The position numbers were made by a program, and so were the translations under genes. From positions 2,410-66,409 of the forward strand of contig JBKJQN010000061.1 in NCBI GenBank assembly GCA_046593925.1: a stretch of DNA of 64,000 bases, read 5' to 3'. Under the pieces are notes generated by a model. It worked only from the letters and a program-made list of their open reading frames with translations, did no database searches and was not told the DNA's origin. This DNA comes from Mycobacteriales bacterium (GTDB lineage Bacteria; Actinomycetota; Actinomycetes; Mycobacteriales; SCTD01). Below are positions 9,303 to 18,791 of the stretch, piece by piece (positions within the stretch are counted from its first letter, which is position 1; the number at the start of each line of letters is the position of its first letter).

Positions 9303-10271
9303 GTGACCACCTCCCGCCGCCTGCTCGCCACCCTGCTGACCCTCCCGCTCCTGGGCGCCGTCGCCTGGGCCGCTCCCGCCGGCGCCACGCCCGGTGCCGC
9401 CGACAGCGGCGCTGGGGCCGTGGCTACCCACAGTGCCCCGGCGCTCGCCGGTGCCTCTGTCGCCGGCAAGACCCTGTTCGGTGTGTCGCTGTCCCGGCAG
9501 GGATCGGAGACCCGCGCTGAGACGGTCGCCCGCAATGTGCGTACGTTCGGCTCGCTGCCGGTCGTCCGCATCTACGACGGCAAGCCGCCGACCACCTGGG
9601 CGGCCAACAGCTCTCTCTCGACGCTGCCCGCCGGCACGTCGGTGATCTACACCTTCTCGGTACCGGACATGACCGCTGCAGCCAACGGCGCGTACGACGC
9701 CAACGTCGCGTCGATGCTGGCCAGCCGCCCAGCCGGCAGCATCGTGTGGATGGGCCTGCAGCACGAGCCGGAGGGCCACGTCGCCGCCGGCGAGTTCACG
9801 GCAGCGCAGTACCGCGCGGCCACCTCCCACGTCGCGAAGGTGATCAAGGCCTACGGCGGGATCCCGACCACGGTGCTCACCGGCTCCACCGCCTACGCGG
9901 CAAGGGGACAGGGCTACCTGGACTACTACAGCCCCGACATCGACGTCCTCGCTTGGGACGCCTACAACAGCGGTCAGAGGAAGCCAGGCACCACTTACAG
10001 GGACGCCTCGCGCTTCCTTACCCCGGTCCTGCGGATCGCGGCAGAGACCGGCAAGCAGTACGGCTGGGCCGAGTTCGGGGCGCCGTGCATCGTCACCGAC
10101 CCCAGCTGCGCCGAGCGGTCCCGTTGGCTGCCGGTGCTCGGGCAGGGCCTGGCCGACGGCGGGGCGCAGTTCGTGTCGTACTGGAACCACCTGTCGCTCA
10201 ACGGGACCACTGACTACAGCCTCCTCGACGCAGCGTCGGTAGCAGCCTGGAAGGGCCTGATCGCCCGCTGA
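9303..10271 (+). CDS. Secreted TIM-barrel glycoside-hydrolase-like protein (GH26-like; function tentative)
   Basis: Signal peptide MTTSRRLLATLLTLPLLGAVAWAAPAGA. Candidate catalytic motifs GLQHEPEG and GWAEFG spaced as in clan GH-A enzymes. Confidence 0.6.
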   Translation: MTTSRRLLATLLTLPLLGAVAWAAPAGATPGAADSGAGAVATHSAPALAGASVAGKTLFGVSLSRQGSETRAETVARNVRTFGSLPVVRIYDGKPPTTWAANSSLSTLPAGTSVIYTFSVPDMTAAANGAYDANVASMLASRPAGSIVWMGLQHEPEGHVAAGEFTAAQYRAATSHVAKVIKAYGGIPTTVLTGSTAYAARGQGYLDYYSPDIDVLAWDAYNSGQRKPGTTYRDASRFLTPVLRIAAETGKQYGWAEFGAPCIVTDPSCAERSRWLPVLGQGLADGGAQFVSYWNHLSLNGTTDYSLLDAASVAAWKGLIAR

Positions 10272-10347
10272 CCGGCCGTGTTCGGGTCGTCCACAGCTTC
10301 GCCTGAACGCCGGTCGGCACGCGGCCGAGCGGGCTAGGGTCCGCCGC

Positions 10348-12393
10348 ATGCACCGGAGCACCCTGCGCCATTCCCGCGCCCGGCTCGTGCGGGCGACCGC
10401 CCTGGTGGCGGTTGCCCCGCTCGTGCTGCTGCTCACGGCCGCCGGGGCGGGCGCCTCGACGGTGTCGCAGGACGGCCTGCCGAGCGCGGTGCCGTCCGCG
10501 GCGACGCCGAACCTCAACGACGGCAACGTCTTTGCAATCACCCAGGTGGGCTCGAGGATGCTGCTGGGCGGCTCGTTCACCAGCGTCAGCCCGCCCGGCA
10601 GCATCAATGGCGCGGGCGCCGTGCCGCGACGCGGCGTGCTGGCTTTCGACGCGGGCAGCGGCGCCGTCGACGGGGGCTTCCACCCGCAGCTGGACGGCGA
10701 CGTCCAGGGCCTCGCGGCCGGCCCGACGCCCGGCACCGTCTACGTGGCCGGCACCTTCAACACCGTCAACGGCGCGGTGGCCAAGAGCATCGCGCTGCTC
10801 GACCTGTCCAACGGCCAGCTCGTGTCGGGCTTCTCGCCCGCCCCGATGAACGGCTCCGGCCAGGCCGTGCAGCTGGTCGGCGGCCATCTGATCCTGGCGG
10901 GCACCTTCACCACGGTCGGCGGCTCGGCGCACGGCGGGATCGTCTCGCTGGACCCGCGCTCCGGTGCGGTCGAGAGCTACCTGGGCATCCAGCTGGCCGG
11001 CCACCACAGCTTCACCGGCTTGCCGGGCCAGTCCAAGGCCCCCGTCGGCGGCCGAAAGATGGACATCAGCGCCGATGGAAGCCAGCTCGTCCTGGTCGGC
11101 AACTTCACCACCGCCAACGGGATGCCCCGTGACCAGATCCTGCGTCTCAACCTGGGTGCGGCCGCCGGCACCGTCGACGGCAGCTGGTCCACCCTGGCCT
11201 TCACGGCGATCTGTGGCCCCAAGTACGACACTTACGTACGTGACATCAGCTACTCACCGGACGGTTCGTACTTCATTGTCGCCACGACCGGCAGCGGGGG
11301 TCCCGGCGCGACCAACAATGACGGCAGCCGGGCGTTGTGCGACTCCGCGTCGAGGTTCAACAACGCGGCCAACGGGTCCAACGTCAAGCCGGCCTGGATC
11401 GACTACACCGGCAACGACTCGCTGGAGTCGGCGCTGTCCACCGGCGCCGTCGTCTACGTCGGCGGTCACCAGCGCTGGCTCAACAACGCCAACGGCAAGG
11501 ACAATGCCGGCGCCGGCGCCGTGCCCCGTCCCGGCATCGCCGCGCTCGACCCGGTCACCGGCCTGCCGCTGAGCTGGAACCCCGGCCGCAACCCCCGCGG
11601 CGCCGGGGCGTACGCGCTCTACGCCAGCCCGCAGGGCGTCTATGTCGGTAGCGACACCACCTTCATCGGCAACCGGCAGTACTACCGCGGCCGCATCGCC
11701 GCCTTCCCGCTGGCCGGCGGCAGCTCACTGCCGTCGACCGCGACCGCCGTGCTACCGGGCACCGTGTTCTCCGTCGGCCCGCTGACCGGGCCGCGCGACG
11801 CTCTGCGGGCCCGGAGCTTCGACGGCTCTGCCGCCGGCGCGGCGGGCAACGGCCCCGCCAGCTCGACCACCTGGAGCCAGGCCCGCGGGGCGGTGCTGAT
11901 CGGCAACCAGTTGTTCTACGGCTGGTCCGACGGCACGCTGCGCCAGCGGACGCTGTCCGGCGCCGCTCTCGGCAACCCGCAGTCGATCGACCCGTACAAC
12001 GACCCGTTCTGGTCGACCGTCCCGACCGGCAGCCGAGGCACCGTCTACCGGGGCACGGTCCCCACGCTGTACGGCGCGCCGATGAGGAGCGTCACCGGGA
12101 TGGTGTACGCCGCGGGGCGGCTGTACTACAGCATCGCGGGGCAGCCCCGGCTGAGGTCGCGGGCCTTCACCCCGGAGTCCGGCATCCTCGGGGCGACGGA
12201 GACCGTCGAGGGAGGATCGGTCGACCTGTCCGGGATCGCCGGGATGTTCCTGTCCGCGCAGACCTTGTACTACGCCGCGGCAAACGGCTCGCTGCACGCC
12301 GTGCCGTTCGCCCAGGGCTCGCCGACCACGGCAGGCGACAGGGTCGCCAACTCGACCACGAACTGGCGGGCCCACGGGCTGTTCCTGGGCTAG
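10348..12393 (+). CDS. Large secreted repeat (beta-propeller-like) protein, paralogue of 49628..51610
   Basis: Signal peptide. Recurring blade-like units (V.QVG.R.LLGG.FT.V; LVLVGNFTTANG; VYVGGHQRWLNN). Clear collinear similarity to the second copy, e.g. GIAALDPVTGLPLSWNPGRNPRG vs AIAALDPANGLPLSWNPSRDQRG. Confidence 0.75.
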   Translation: MHRSTLRHSRARLVRATALVAVAPLVLLLTAAGAGASTVSQDGLPSAVPSAATPNLNDGNVFAITQVGSRMLLGGSFTSVSPPGSINGAGAVPRRGVLAFDAGSGAVDGGFHPQLDGDVQGLAAGPTPGTVYVAGTFNTVNGAVAKSIALLDLSNGQLVSGFSPAPMNGSGQAVQLVGGHLILAGTFTTVGGSAHGGIVSLDPRSGAVESYLGIQLAGHHSFTGLPGQSKAPVGGRKMDISADGSQLVLVGNFTTANGMPRDQILRLNLGAAAGTVDGSWSTLAFTAICGPKYDTYVRDISYSPDGSYFIVATTGSGGPGATNNDGSRALCDSASRFNNAANGSNVKPAWIDYTGNDSLESALSTGAVVYVGGHQRWLNNANGKDNAGAGAVPRPGIAALDPVTGLPLSWNPGRNPRGAGAYALYASPQGVYVGSDTTFIGNRQYYRGRIAAFPLAGGSSLPSTATAVLPGTVFSVGPLTGPRDALRARSFDGSAAGAAGNGPASSTTWSQARGAVLIGNQLFYGWSDGTLRQRTLSGAALGNPQSIDPYNDPFWSTVPTGSRGTVYRGTVPTLYGAPMRSVTGMVYAAGRLYYSIAGQPRLRSRAFTPESGILGATETVEGGSVDLSGIAGMFLSAQTLYYAAANGSLHAVPFAQGSPTTAGDRVANSTTNWRAHGLFLG

Positions 12394-12462
12394 CGCAGCG
12401 GACAGGGCCGATCGAGCCGGGAACCCCCCGCTAGCCTCCCGGGCCTACCTGGAGGAGGCGAC

Positions 12463-14052
12463 GTGCACGCCCTCGGACCTGTGCTGCTCGTCGTGCTCGG
12501 CATCTGCCTTGCCGGCTTGATCGGCCGGCGGACCGGTATCCCGTCCCCGGTTCTGCTCGTCGTCGGTGGCCTCGCGGTCGCAGCGCTGCCCGGCTCCGCC
12601 ACCGTCGACCTGGACCCCGAGGTCGTGCTCGTCCTGGTGCTGCCGCCGCTGCTGTACAGCGCTGCGCTGGATGCCAGCCTGCTCGACATCCGGCGCAACG
12701 CGCGGCCGGTCGGGCTGCTGTCGGTGGGGCTGGTCGTGTTCACGGCCCTGACCGTCGGCACCGTCACGCACCTCGTCGTGCCCGGACTGCCCTGGGCCGC
12801 TGCCCTCGCCCTCGGCGCCATCGTCGCCCCGCCGGACGCCGTGGCAGCGATCTCGATCGGCCGCCGGGTCGGGATGCCCGCCCGGCTGCAGACCCTCATC
12901 GAGGGCGAAGGGCTCCTCAACGACGCGACCGCGCTCGTCCTGTACCAGGTCGCGGTCGCGGTTGCGGTCGGCGGGGACTTCTCCGCGCTCGATACCGCCG
13001 GGCTGCTCGTGCGGGCGTCCGTCGGCGGGCTGGCCGTCGGCCTGGCGGTCGCGTGGATCGTCAAGCAGGTACGGCGGCGCCTGGACGAGCCGCTGGTGGA
13101 AAACGTCCTGTCGCTCGCCACGCCGTTCCTGGCGTACCTGCCCGCCGAGCGGCTGCACGTCAGCGGCGTCCTCGCGGTCGTCGTCTGCGGGCTGGTGCTC
13201 GGGCACGCCAACCCGACCCTGCTGTCCTCGACCTCCCGGCTGCAGACCCAGCCGGTCTGGCGGGTCGTCGTCTTCCTGCTGGAGGGCGGCGTCTTCCTGC
13301 TGATCGGCCTGCAGCTGCCCGGGATCCTGGACGGGCTGGTCGCCTACGGCCTGGGCGAGCTGACGGCGTGGGGGCTCGCGGTCGTCCTGGCCGTGCTGGT
13401 GTCGCGTCCGCTGTGGGTCATACCGGCGACCTACCTTCCCCGGCGGCTCAACCGGCGCCTGCGCGAACGCGACCCAGCTCCCCCCGGCTCCGTGGTTGCC
13501 GCACTGAGCTGGTCGGGGATGCGCGGTGTCGTGTCACTCGCCGCAGCCTTCGCGCTGCCGCTACGAACCACCGCCGGCACGCCGTTCCCGCAGCGCGACC
13601 TCCTGCTGTTCTTGGTGTTCCTGGTCATCCTGTCCACCCTGGTTCTGCAGGGGCTGACCTTTGGTCGGCTGCTGCGGGCGCTGGGGCTTCGCCCGGACCG
13701 CCAGGGCCTGCTGCTCGCCCAGGCGTCGGCCCAGCAGTCGGCGGTGCGGGCCGCGCTCGCCCGGCTCGACGAGGCGGTGGCGACCGACCCCGACGACGCC
13801 CCGATCGCCGAGCGGCTCCGCCGGGTCGCCGAAGCACGCGCGGACGCCCGCTGGGAACGGCTCGCCGAGGTCGGCGATGCAGGGGGGACGGAGACCCCGT
13901 CGGCGAGGTGGCGGCGGCTGCGCGGCGTGATGCTCGAAGCGGAGCGCGCTGAGCTCCTGCGGCTGCGCGACAGCGGCCGGCTGCCGGACGAGGCGATGCG
14001 CGAGATGCAGCGGGCGCTCGACCTGGAGGAGGCGGCGCTCGGCCTGCCGTGA
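12463..14052 (+). CDS. Na+/H+ antiporter (CPA1/NhaP type) with cytoplasmic C-terminal tail
   Basis: GTG follows GGAGGAGG. Multi-TM N-terminal region with LIEGEGLLNDATALVLYQ, followed by a charged C-terminal domain. Confidence 0.85.
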   Translation: MHALGPVLLVVLGICLAGLIGRRTGIPSPVLLVVGGLAVAALPGSATVDLDPEVVLVLVLPPLLYSAALDASLLDIRRNARPVGLLSVGLVVFTALTVGTVTHLVVPGLPWAAALALGAIVAPPDAVAAISIGRRVGMPARLQTLIEGEGLLNDATALVLYQVAVAVAVGGDFSALDTAGLLVRASVGGLAVGLAVAWIVKQVRRRLDEPLVENVLSLATPFLAYLPAERLHVSGVLAVVVCGLVLGHANPTLLSSTSRLQTQPVWRVVVFLLEGGVFLLIGLQLPGILDGLVAYGLGELTAWGLAVVLAVLVSRPLWVIPATYLPRRLNRRLRERDPAPPGSVVAALSWSGMRGVVSLAAAFALPLRTTAGTPFPQRDLLLFLVFLVILSTLVLQGLTFGRLLRALGLRPDRQGLLLAQASAQQSAVRAALARLDEAVATDPDDAPIAERLRRVAEARADARWERLAEVGDAGGTETPSARWRRLRGVMLEAERAELLRLRDSGRLPDEAMREMQRALDLEEAALGLP

Positions 14053-14105
14053 CCGCGGCCATCGCCGGGCCGCACTGCGCAGGTCCTGCGACGCGCTTCG
14101 GGCCG

Positions 14106-14375
14106 TCAGCCGAGGAGTTCGTGCGGGTAGCACCAGCGCCAGGCTTCGCCCGGCTCGAACGACCGCATGACCGGGTGGCCGCTCAGCCCAGCGTGCTGCC
14201 GGGCGTGCCGGTACTCCCCGGAGTCGCAGCACCCGACGTGCCCGCAGGCCAGGCACATCCTCAGGTGCACCCAGCTGCTGCCCTGTGCAAGGCACTCGGC
14301 ACACCCCGTCGGGGTGCCGGGCTCGGCGTCGGCCGGGGCGTCGCGCAACTCGGCACACAGTCCGTCGTCGGTCAC
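14106..14375 (-). CDS. UBP-type zinc-finger domain protein
   Basis: CAECLAQGSSWVHLRMCLACGHVGCCDSGEYRHARQHAGLSGHPVMRSFEPGEAWRWCY. ORF 14106..14471; I prefer the GTG at 14375 as start (uncertain). Confidence 0.7.
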   Translation of the reverse strand: MTDDGLCAELRDAPADAEPGTPTGCAECLAQGSSWVHLRMCLACGHVGCCDSGEYRHARQHAGLSGHPVMRSFEPGEAWRWCYPHELLG

Positions 14376-14515
14376 CGCGGTCGGCCTGCTCGGCAGCAGG
14401 CGGCGAAGCGAACGCGGGCTCACGGTGGTCCTCCGGGGTGGGTGCGGGACGATCGACCCAGTCTCGCGCACCTGGGCGCGGATCGGCCCGGCGACGGGTA
14501 CCGGGAGGGGTTGTC

Positions 14516-15190
14516 ATGGGTCGGGTCGTGCTGGTCGTGCTGGACGTCAACGAGACGCTGTCGGACTTGGCGCCGCTGCGACAGCGATTCGTCGACGTCG
14601 GCGCCCCCGCCCACCTGCTGGACGTGTGGTTCGCCGGCACGCTGCGCGACGGGTTCGCCTTGGCCGTCACCGGGTCGGCGGCCAGCTTCCCCGACGTCGG
14701 GACCGGGGTCCTGAGGGCGCTGCTCACCCCGCTGGAGCTGACGATGGGCGTCGAGGAGGCGGCCCGACACGTCCTGGCCGGCTTCCCTGGCCTGCGCCTG
14801 CACCCCGATGTCGCGCCAGGTCTGCGCGCCCTGGCGGAGGCGGGCATCCGCCTGGTGACACTGACGAACGGCTCGGCCGCGGTCGCGGGGCGGCTGCTCG
14901 ACGAGGGCGGCGTCGCCGACCTGGTCGAGGCGCGGCTGTCGGTGGACGACGCCGGCCGCTGGAAGCCGCATCCGCAGGCGTACGGCTGGGCGCTCGAGCG
15001 ATGCCGGGTCGCGCCGGACCGGGCGGCGATGCTCGCTGTCCACCCGTGGGACCTCGAAGGCGCGAAGCAGGCCGGCCTGCTGACCGGCTGGGTCGACCGG
15101 GTCGGTGTGCCGTGGCCGAGCGTGTTCGTGCCGCCGGACGCGCGCGGCCGCGACCTGCCGGAGCTGGCTGTCAGCCTGACCGGGCTTTGA
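14516..15190 (+). CDS. HAD-superfamily hydrolase (type II haloacid dehalogenase-like)
   Basis: ATG 14516 follows GGAGGGG. Motifs: VVLDVNETL (DxD-variant motif I), VTLTNGS, RWKPHPQAY, HPWDLEGA. Confidence 0.8.
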   Translation: MGRVVLVVLDVNETLSDLAPLRQRFVDVGAPAHLLDVWFAGTLRDGFALAVTGSAASFPDVGTGVLRALLTPLELTMGVEEAARHVLAGFPGLRLHPDVAPGLRALAEAGIRLVTLTNGSAAVAGRLLDEGGVADLVEARLSVDDAGRWKPHPQAYGWALERCRVAPDRAAMLAVHPWDLEGAKQAGLLTGWVDRVGVPWPSVFVPPDARGRDLPELAVSLTGL

Positions 15191-15206
15191 CACCTATCCT
15201 CGACTG

Positions 15207-16028
15207 ATGTCTACCGAGATCTCCGCGGCGGCCGAGCTCGTCGCCGAGCTGCTGCCGGATGCCGTCACGCAGTCGTCGTTCGACCCGGTACCGGCGCCGG
15301 CCCACCACGAGCCCGCCTGGTGGGGCCGGCCGCTCGCCGAGGTGCGCTGGCAGGCCGAGCTCGCCCGGCTGCTGATCGACCCGGTCTACACCGGCAAGGG
15401 CGTCCCGCACGGCGACGGCGGTCCGGTGCTGCTGATCCCGGGGTTCCTGGCCGGAGACTCCTCGCTTTCGGTGATGTCCCGGTTCCTGCGCCGGATCGGG
15501 CACGACGCCCACGGTGCCGGCATCGTGGCGAACGTCGACTGCTCCGACCGGGCCGTCGACCGGCTCGAGCGGGTCCTGCTGCGCCTGCACGTGCGGACCG
15601 GCCGACCGGTGGCGATCGTCGGCCACAGCCGGGGCGGCCACTTCGCCAAGGCGCTCGCCGCGCGGCACCCGGATGGCGTCCGCGCGGTGGTGTCCCTCGG
15701 CGCCGGGCTCGACGAGCCGTTCGACATCTCGCTGCCCACCAAGGCCGCCGTCGCCGCGGTCCGCAGCGTGCTGCGCCGGGTCGACCCCAGCACCGCCGAC
15801 CGCGGCTGCCTGACGACGACCTGCGACTGCCCGTTCGTGCGCGACTACACGGCGCCCTGGCCGGCGACCGTGCCGATGACGTCCGTGTGGTCCAAGGGTG
15901 ACGGCGTGGTCCGCTGGCGATCCTGCGTGGTGCCCTACGCCCGCTCGGTGCAGGTGCGGGGCAGCCACGTCGGGCTGGCGTTCAACCGGCACGCCTACCG
16001 CGCGGTCGCCGAGGCCCTGGCCCCCTAG
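15207..16028 (+). CDS. Alpha/beta hydrolase (lipase/esterase-like)
   Basis: PVLLIPGFLAGD, nucleophile elbow GHSRGG. Confidence 0.75.
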   Translation: MSTEISAAAELVAELLPDAVTQSSFDPVPAPAHHEPAWWGRPLAEVRWQAELARLLIDPVYTGKGVPHGDGGPVLLIPGFLAGDSSLSVMSRFLRRIGHDAHGAGIVANVDCSDRAVDRLERVLLRLHVRTGRPVAIVGHSRGGHFAKALAARHPDGVRAVVSLGAGLDEPFDISLPTKAAVAAVRSVLRRVDPSTADRGCLTTTCDCPFVRDYTAPWPATVPMTSVWSKGDGVVRWRSCVVPYARSVQVRGSHVGLAFNRHAYRAVAEALAP

Positions 16029-16031
16029 CCG

Positions 16032-16955
16032 CTACCAGCGCCCGGTGATCACCTCGAGGGCGCTTCGCCCGGTGCGCAGTGCGCTGGCGGGCAGCCCCCG
16101 GTGCAGCGGCTCGACCCGTGCGGCGAGCCGCGACGGGGCGGTCCCGGGCAGGATCGGGCCGACCCGGTCGAGCCAGCCGGTGAACAGGTCGTACGCCACC
16201 TGCGGCGCCTCCAGCAGGTAGGCGTGGCCCGCCCCCGGCACGACGGCCAGCTCCGCGCCCGGGATGCGGCCGGCCAGTCGGCGCGCGGAGGCCAGCGGGG
16301 TCAGGCCGTCTTCGCCGCCGTGCATGACCAGTGTGGGCCGGGACAGGCCGGGCAGCCGTGACCAGGTGTCGTGGTAGACGCTGGCCCACCAGTGCGCGGC
16401 CACTCCCGCCGGCCGGGCGCGGTGCCGCGCGAAGTACGGCAGCAGCGCCCGCACCCGCTCCGGCTGGCGGTCCCGGAAGCCCGGCGAGAACAACGCAGCG
16501 GCCAGCGCCCGGCCACGGGCCCCCTCGAGCGGGCCTGGCAGGTGGCCGGCCAGCGCGGCGAGCTCGCGCAGCGGCAGGACGGCGTGCGGGCCGCCGGACG
16601 AGGTGCCTCCCAGGACGAGCCCGCGGACCCGGTCGGGAAAGCGCAGGGCCACCTCCTGGGCGACCATCCCACCCATCGACAGTCCGTAGACGTGGGCGCT
16701 GTCGATGCCCAGCGCGTCCATCAGCTCGACGGCGTCGGCGGCCAGCTGCCCCATCGACAGACCGGGCCGCGCACCCGAGCTGCGGCCCGCGCCGCGGTTG
16801 TCGTACGTCGTGACGGCGAAGCGCCGGGCGTACAGCGGGAGCACCGGTTCGAAGACCGCGGCGCTGATCGCGAAGCCGGTGATCAGCAGCAGTGGCTCGC
16901 CGGAGCCGACCTGCTCGACGTGCAGCCGGCCGCGGCGGACAGGGACGAGCGGCAC
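16032..16955 (-). CDS. Alpha/beta hydrolase
   Basis: PLLLITGFAIS, nucleophile elbow GLSMGG, C-terminal LVMHGGEDG...GAGH. Confidence 0.8.
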   Translation of the reverse strand: MPLVPVRRGRLHVEQVGSGEPLLLITGFAISAAVFEPVLPLYARRFAVTTYDNRGAGRSSGARPGLSMGQLAADAVELMDALGIDSAHVYGLSMGGMVAQEVALRFPDRVRGLVLGGTSSGGPHAVLPLRELAALAGHLPGPLEGARGRALAAALFSPGFRDRQPERVRALLPYFARHRARPAGVAAHWWASVYHDTWSRLPGLSRPTLVMHGGEDGLTPLASARRLAGRIPGAELAVVPGAGHAYLLEAPQVAYDLFTGWLDRVGPILPGTAPSRLAARVEPLHRGLPASALRTGRSALEVITGRW

Positions 16956-16965
16956 GCCGGCCCTG

Positions 16966-18663
16966 TCAGGTAACGAAGACGTAGGTACCGGGGGCCGCGC
17001 CGAGCGGCGGGTGCTGCGCGCTGCCGAGCTGGGCGGGCGGGTCGCCGAGCGCGCCCGCGCGGGCGGTGGCCCAGGCTGTCCAGTCGGGCCACCAGGAGCC
17101 CCGGTGCGTGGTGGCGGAAGCGAGCCACTGGTCCGGGTCGGCCGGCAGCTCGTCGGCGACCTGGAAGGTGGCCTTCGGGTTGCCGGGCGGGTTCACCAGG
17201 GCAGCGATGTGACCGCTGCTGGACAGTACGAAGCGCGGCCGGGAGCCGAACAGCCGGCCGCTGCGGTAGACGTTCTCCCACGGGCAGATGTGGTCGGCGA
17301 TGCCTGCGAGGTTGTAGGTGTCGACCTCCACCTTGGACAGGTCGACGGGGCTGCCGAGCACCACCGCCCGGCCGGGGTGCACCAGCGAGTTGGTCGTGGC
17401 CAGCTGCAGGAAGTCACCGTGCAGCCTGGCCGGCATGCGGGTGGTGTCGGCGTTCCAGAACAGCACGTCGAACGCGGGCGGCTTCTTGGCCAGCAGGTAG
17501 TTGTTGACCCAGTAGTTCCACACCAGGTCGTCGGGGCGCAGCCAGGCGAAGACCCCGGCCAGTGACCGGCCGTCGAGGTATCCGCGGCTGCGGGACTGCG
17601 CGGCGGCGGCCGCGGCGGTGGGGGCGTCGACCAGCGAGCCGATTGTGCCGGCGTGCTGCTGGTCCAGCACGGTGACGCCGAGGGTGAGCCCGGCGACGCG
17701 GTCCTGCCGGCCCGTGGCCACCAGGTGCGAGACGGCTGTGCTCGTGACGATCCCGCCGGCGCACAGCGCGAACAGCAGCGCCTGGTCCGCGCCGGTGATG
17801 TCCTCCAGGGCGTCCATCGCCGCGATCACCGAGCCGGCGTAGTCGTCGAGCCCGAGGTCGCGGTCGTCCGAGCTGGGGTTGACCCACGAGATCGCGAAGA
17901 CCTGCAGGCCCGCGTCGAGGAAGTGCTCGATCATGCTTCGGCCGGGCGCAAGGTCGGCGATGTAGTACTTGTTGATCATTGGCGGGACGACGAGCAGCGG
18001 CACGTGGTGGACCTGCGGCGTACGCGGCGTGTAGTGCAGCAGCTCGAAGACCCGGGTGCGCAGCACCACCTGGCCCTCGGTGACGGCGATGTCGCCGCCC
18101 ACCCTGAAGGCGTCCCGGTCGACCATCTGCGGGATCCGCGGCTTGGTGGCCATGTCCCTGACGAACTGCCGCCCGCCACGCAGGTAGTTCTGGCCACCGG
18201 TGTCCAGGCCGGCCTTGAGCGCGGCCGGGTTGAGGAGCGGGTTGTTGCTCGGCGCCAGCGCCGCCACCAGGTTCTCGACCACGAAGCGCATCCGCCGGTC
18301 GTCGCGCCAGTCCAGGTTGGCGTCGTCGAGCAGCTGCTCGACGGTGAGCCCGGCGGCGAGGTAGGCCTGTACGACCCTCCGCAGCACCGGATTTCCGGTC
18401 CAGGCCGGCTCGACGAAGCGCCGGTCCTTCTTGGCCGGCGCGAGTTCGGACCGTCCGGCGACGATTCGCGCGAGCTCCCGGGTCAGGCCGGCCGAGCGTC
18501 GGGTCACCGTCAGCGGGCGGGCGGCCAGCTTGGCGGCCATCACCAGTCCGGCCCGGCCGGGCAGGAACTGCCGTACCGAGGACCCCACGGAGTCCGACAG
18601 CAGCGCGTCCAGGCTGCCTGTGCCGACGGCACCGGCCGGCTCTGGCGCCGGCTCGGCCGTCAT
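16966..18663 (-). CDS. phaC: Class I poly(3-hydroxyalkanoate) synthase
   Basis: 565 aa. Lipase-box variant with Cys (FALCAGGIV), WNADTTRMP, and PhaC N-terminal region PAWTGNPVLRR. Confidence 0.85.
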   Translation of the reverse strand: MTAEPAPEPAGAVGTGSLDALLSDSVGSSVRQFLPGRAGLVMAAKLAARPLTVTRRSAGLTRELARIVAGRSELAPAKKDRRFVEPAWTGNPVLRRVVQAYLAAGLTVEQLLDDANLDWRDDRRMRFVVENLVAALAPSNNPLLNPAALKAGLDTGGQNYLRGGRQFVRDMATKPRIPQMVDRDAFRVGGDIAVTEGQVVLRTRVFELLHYTPRTPQVHHVPLLVVPPMINKYYIADLAPGRSMIEHFLDAGLQVFAISWVNPSSDDRDLGLDDYAGSVIAAMDALEDITGADQALLFALCAGGIVTSTAVSHLVATGRQDRVAGLTLGVTVLDQQHAGTIGSLVDAPTAAAAAAQSRSRGYLDGRSLAGVFAWLRPDDLVWNYWVNNYLLAKKPPAFDVLFWNADTTRMPARLHGDFLQLATTNSLVHPGRAVVLGSPVDLSKVEVDTYNLAGIADHICPWENVYRSGRLFGSRPRFVLSSSGHIAALVNPPGNPKATFQVADELPADPDQWLASATTHRGSWWPDWTAWATARAGALGDPPAQLGSAQHPPLGAAPGTYVFVT

Positions 18664-18791
18664 CGGGTGCCCTCCCTGGCGGTCTGGATACCTCTGTCGT
18701 TCACGTGGACCACCTCCGTCGCGGGCCGGCTATGACCCGGCGCACAGCCTAGGCTGAGGGTGCCTCGAATGCGGGGCCCGGGAGGACGCAC

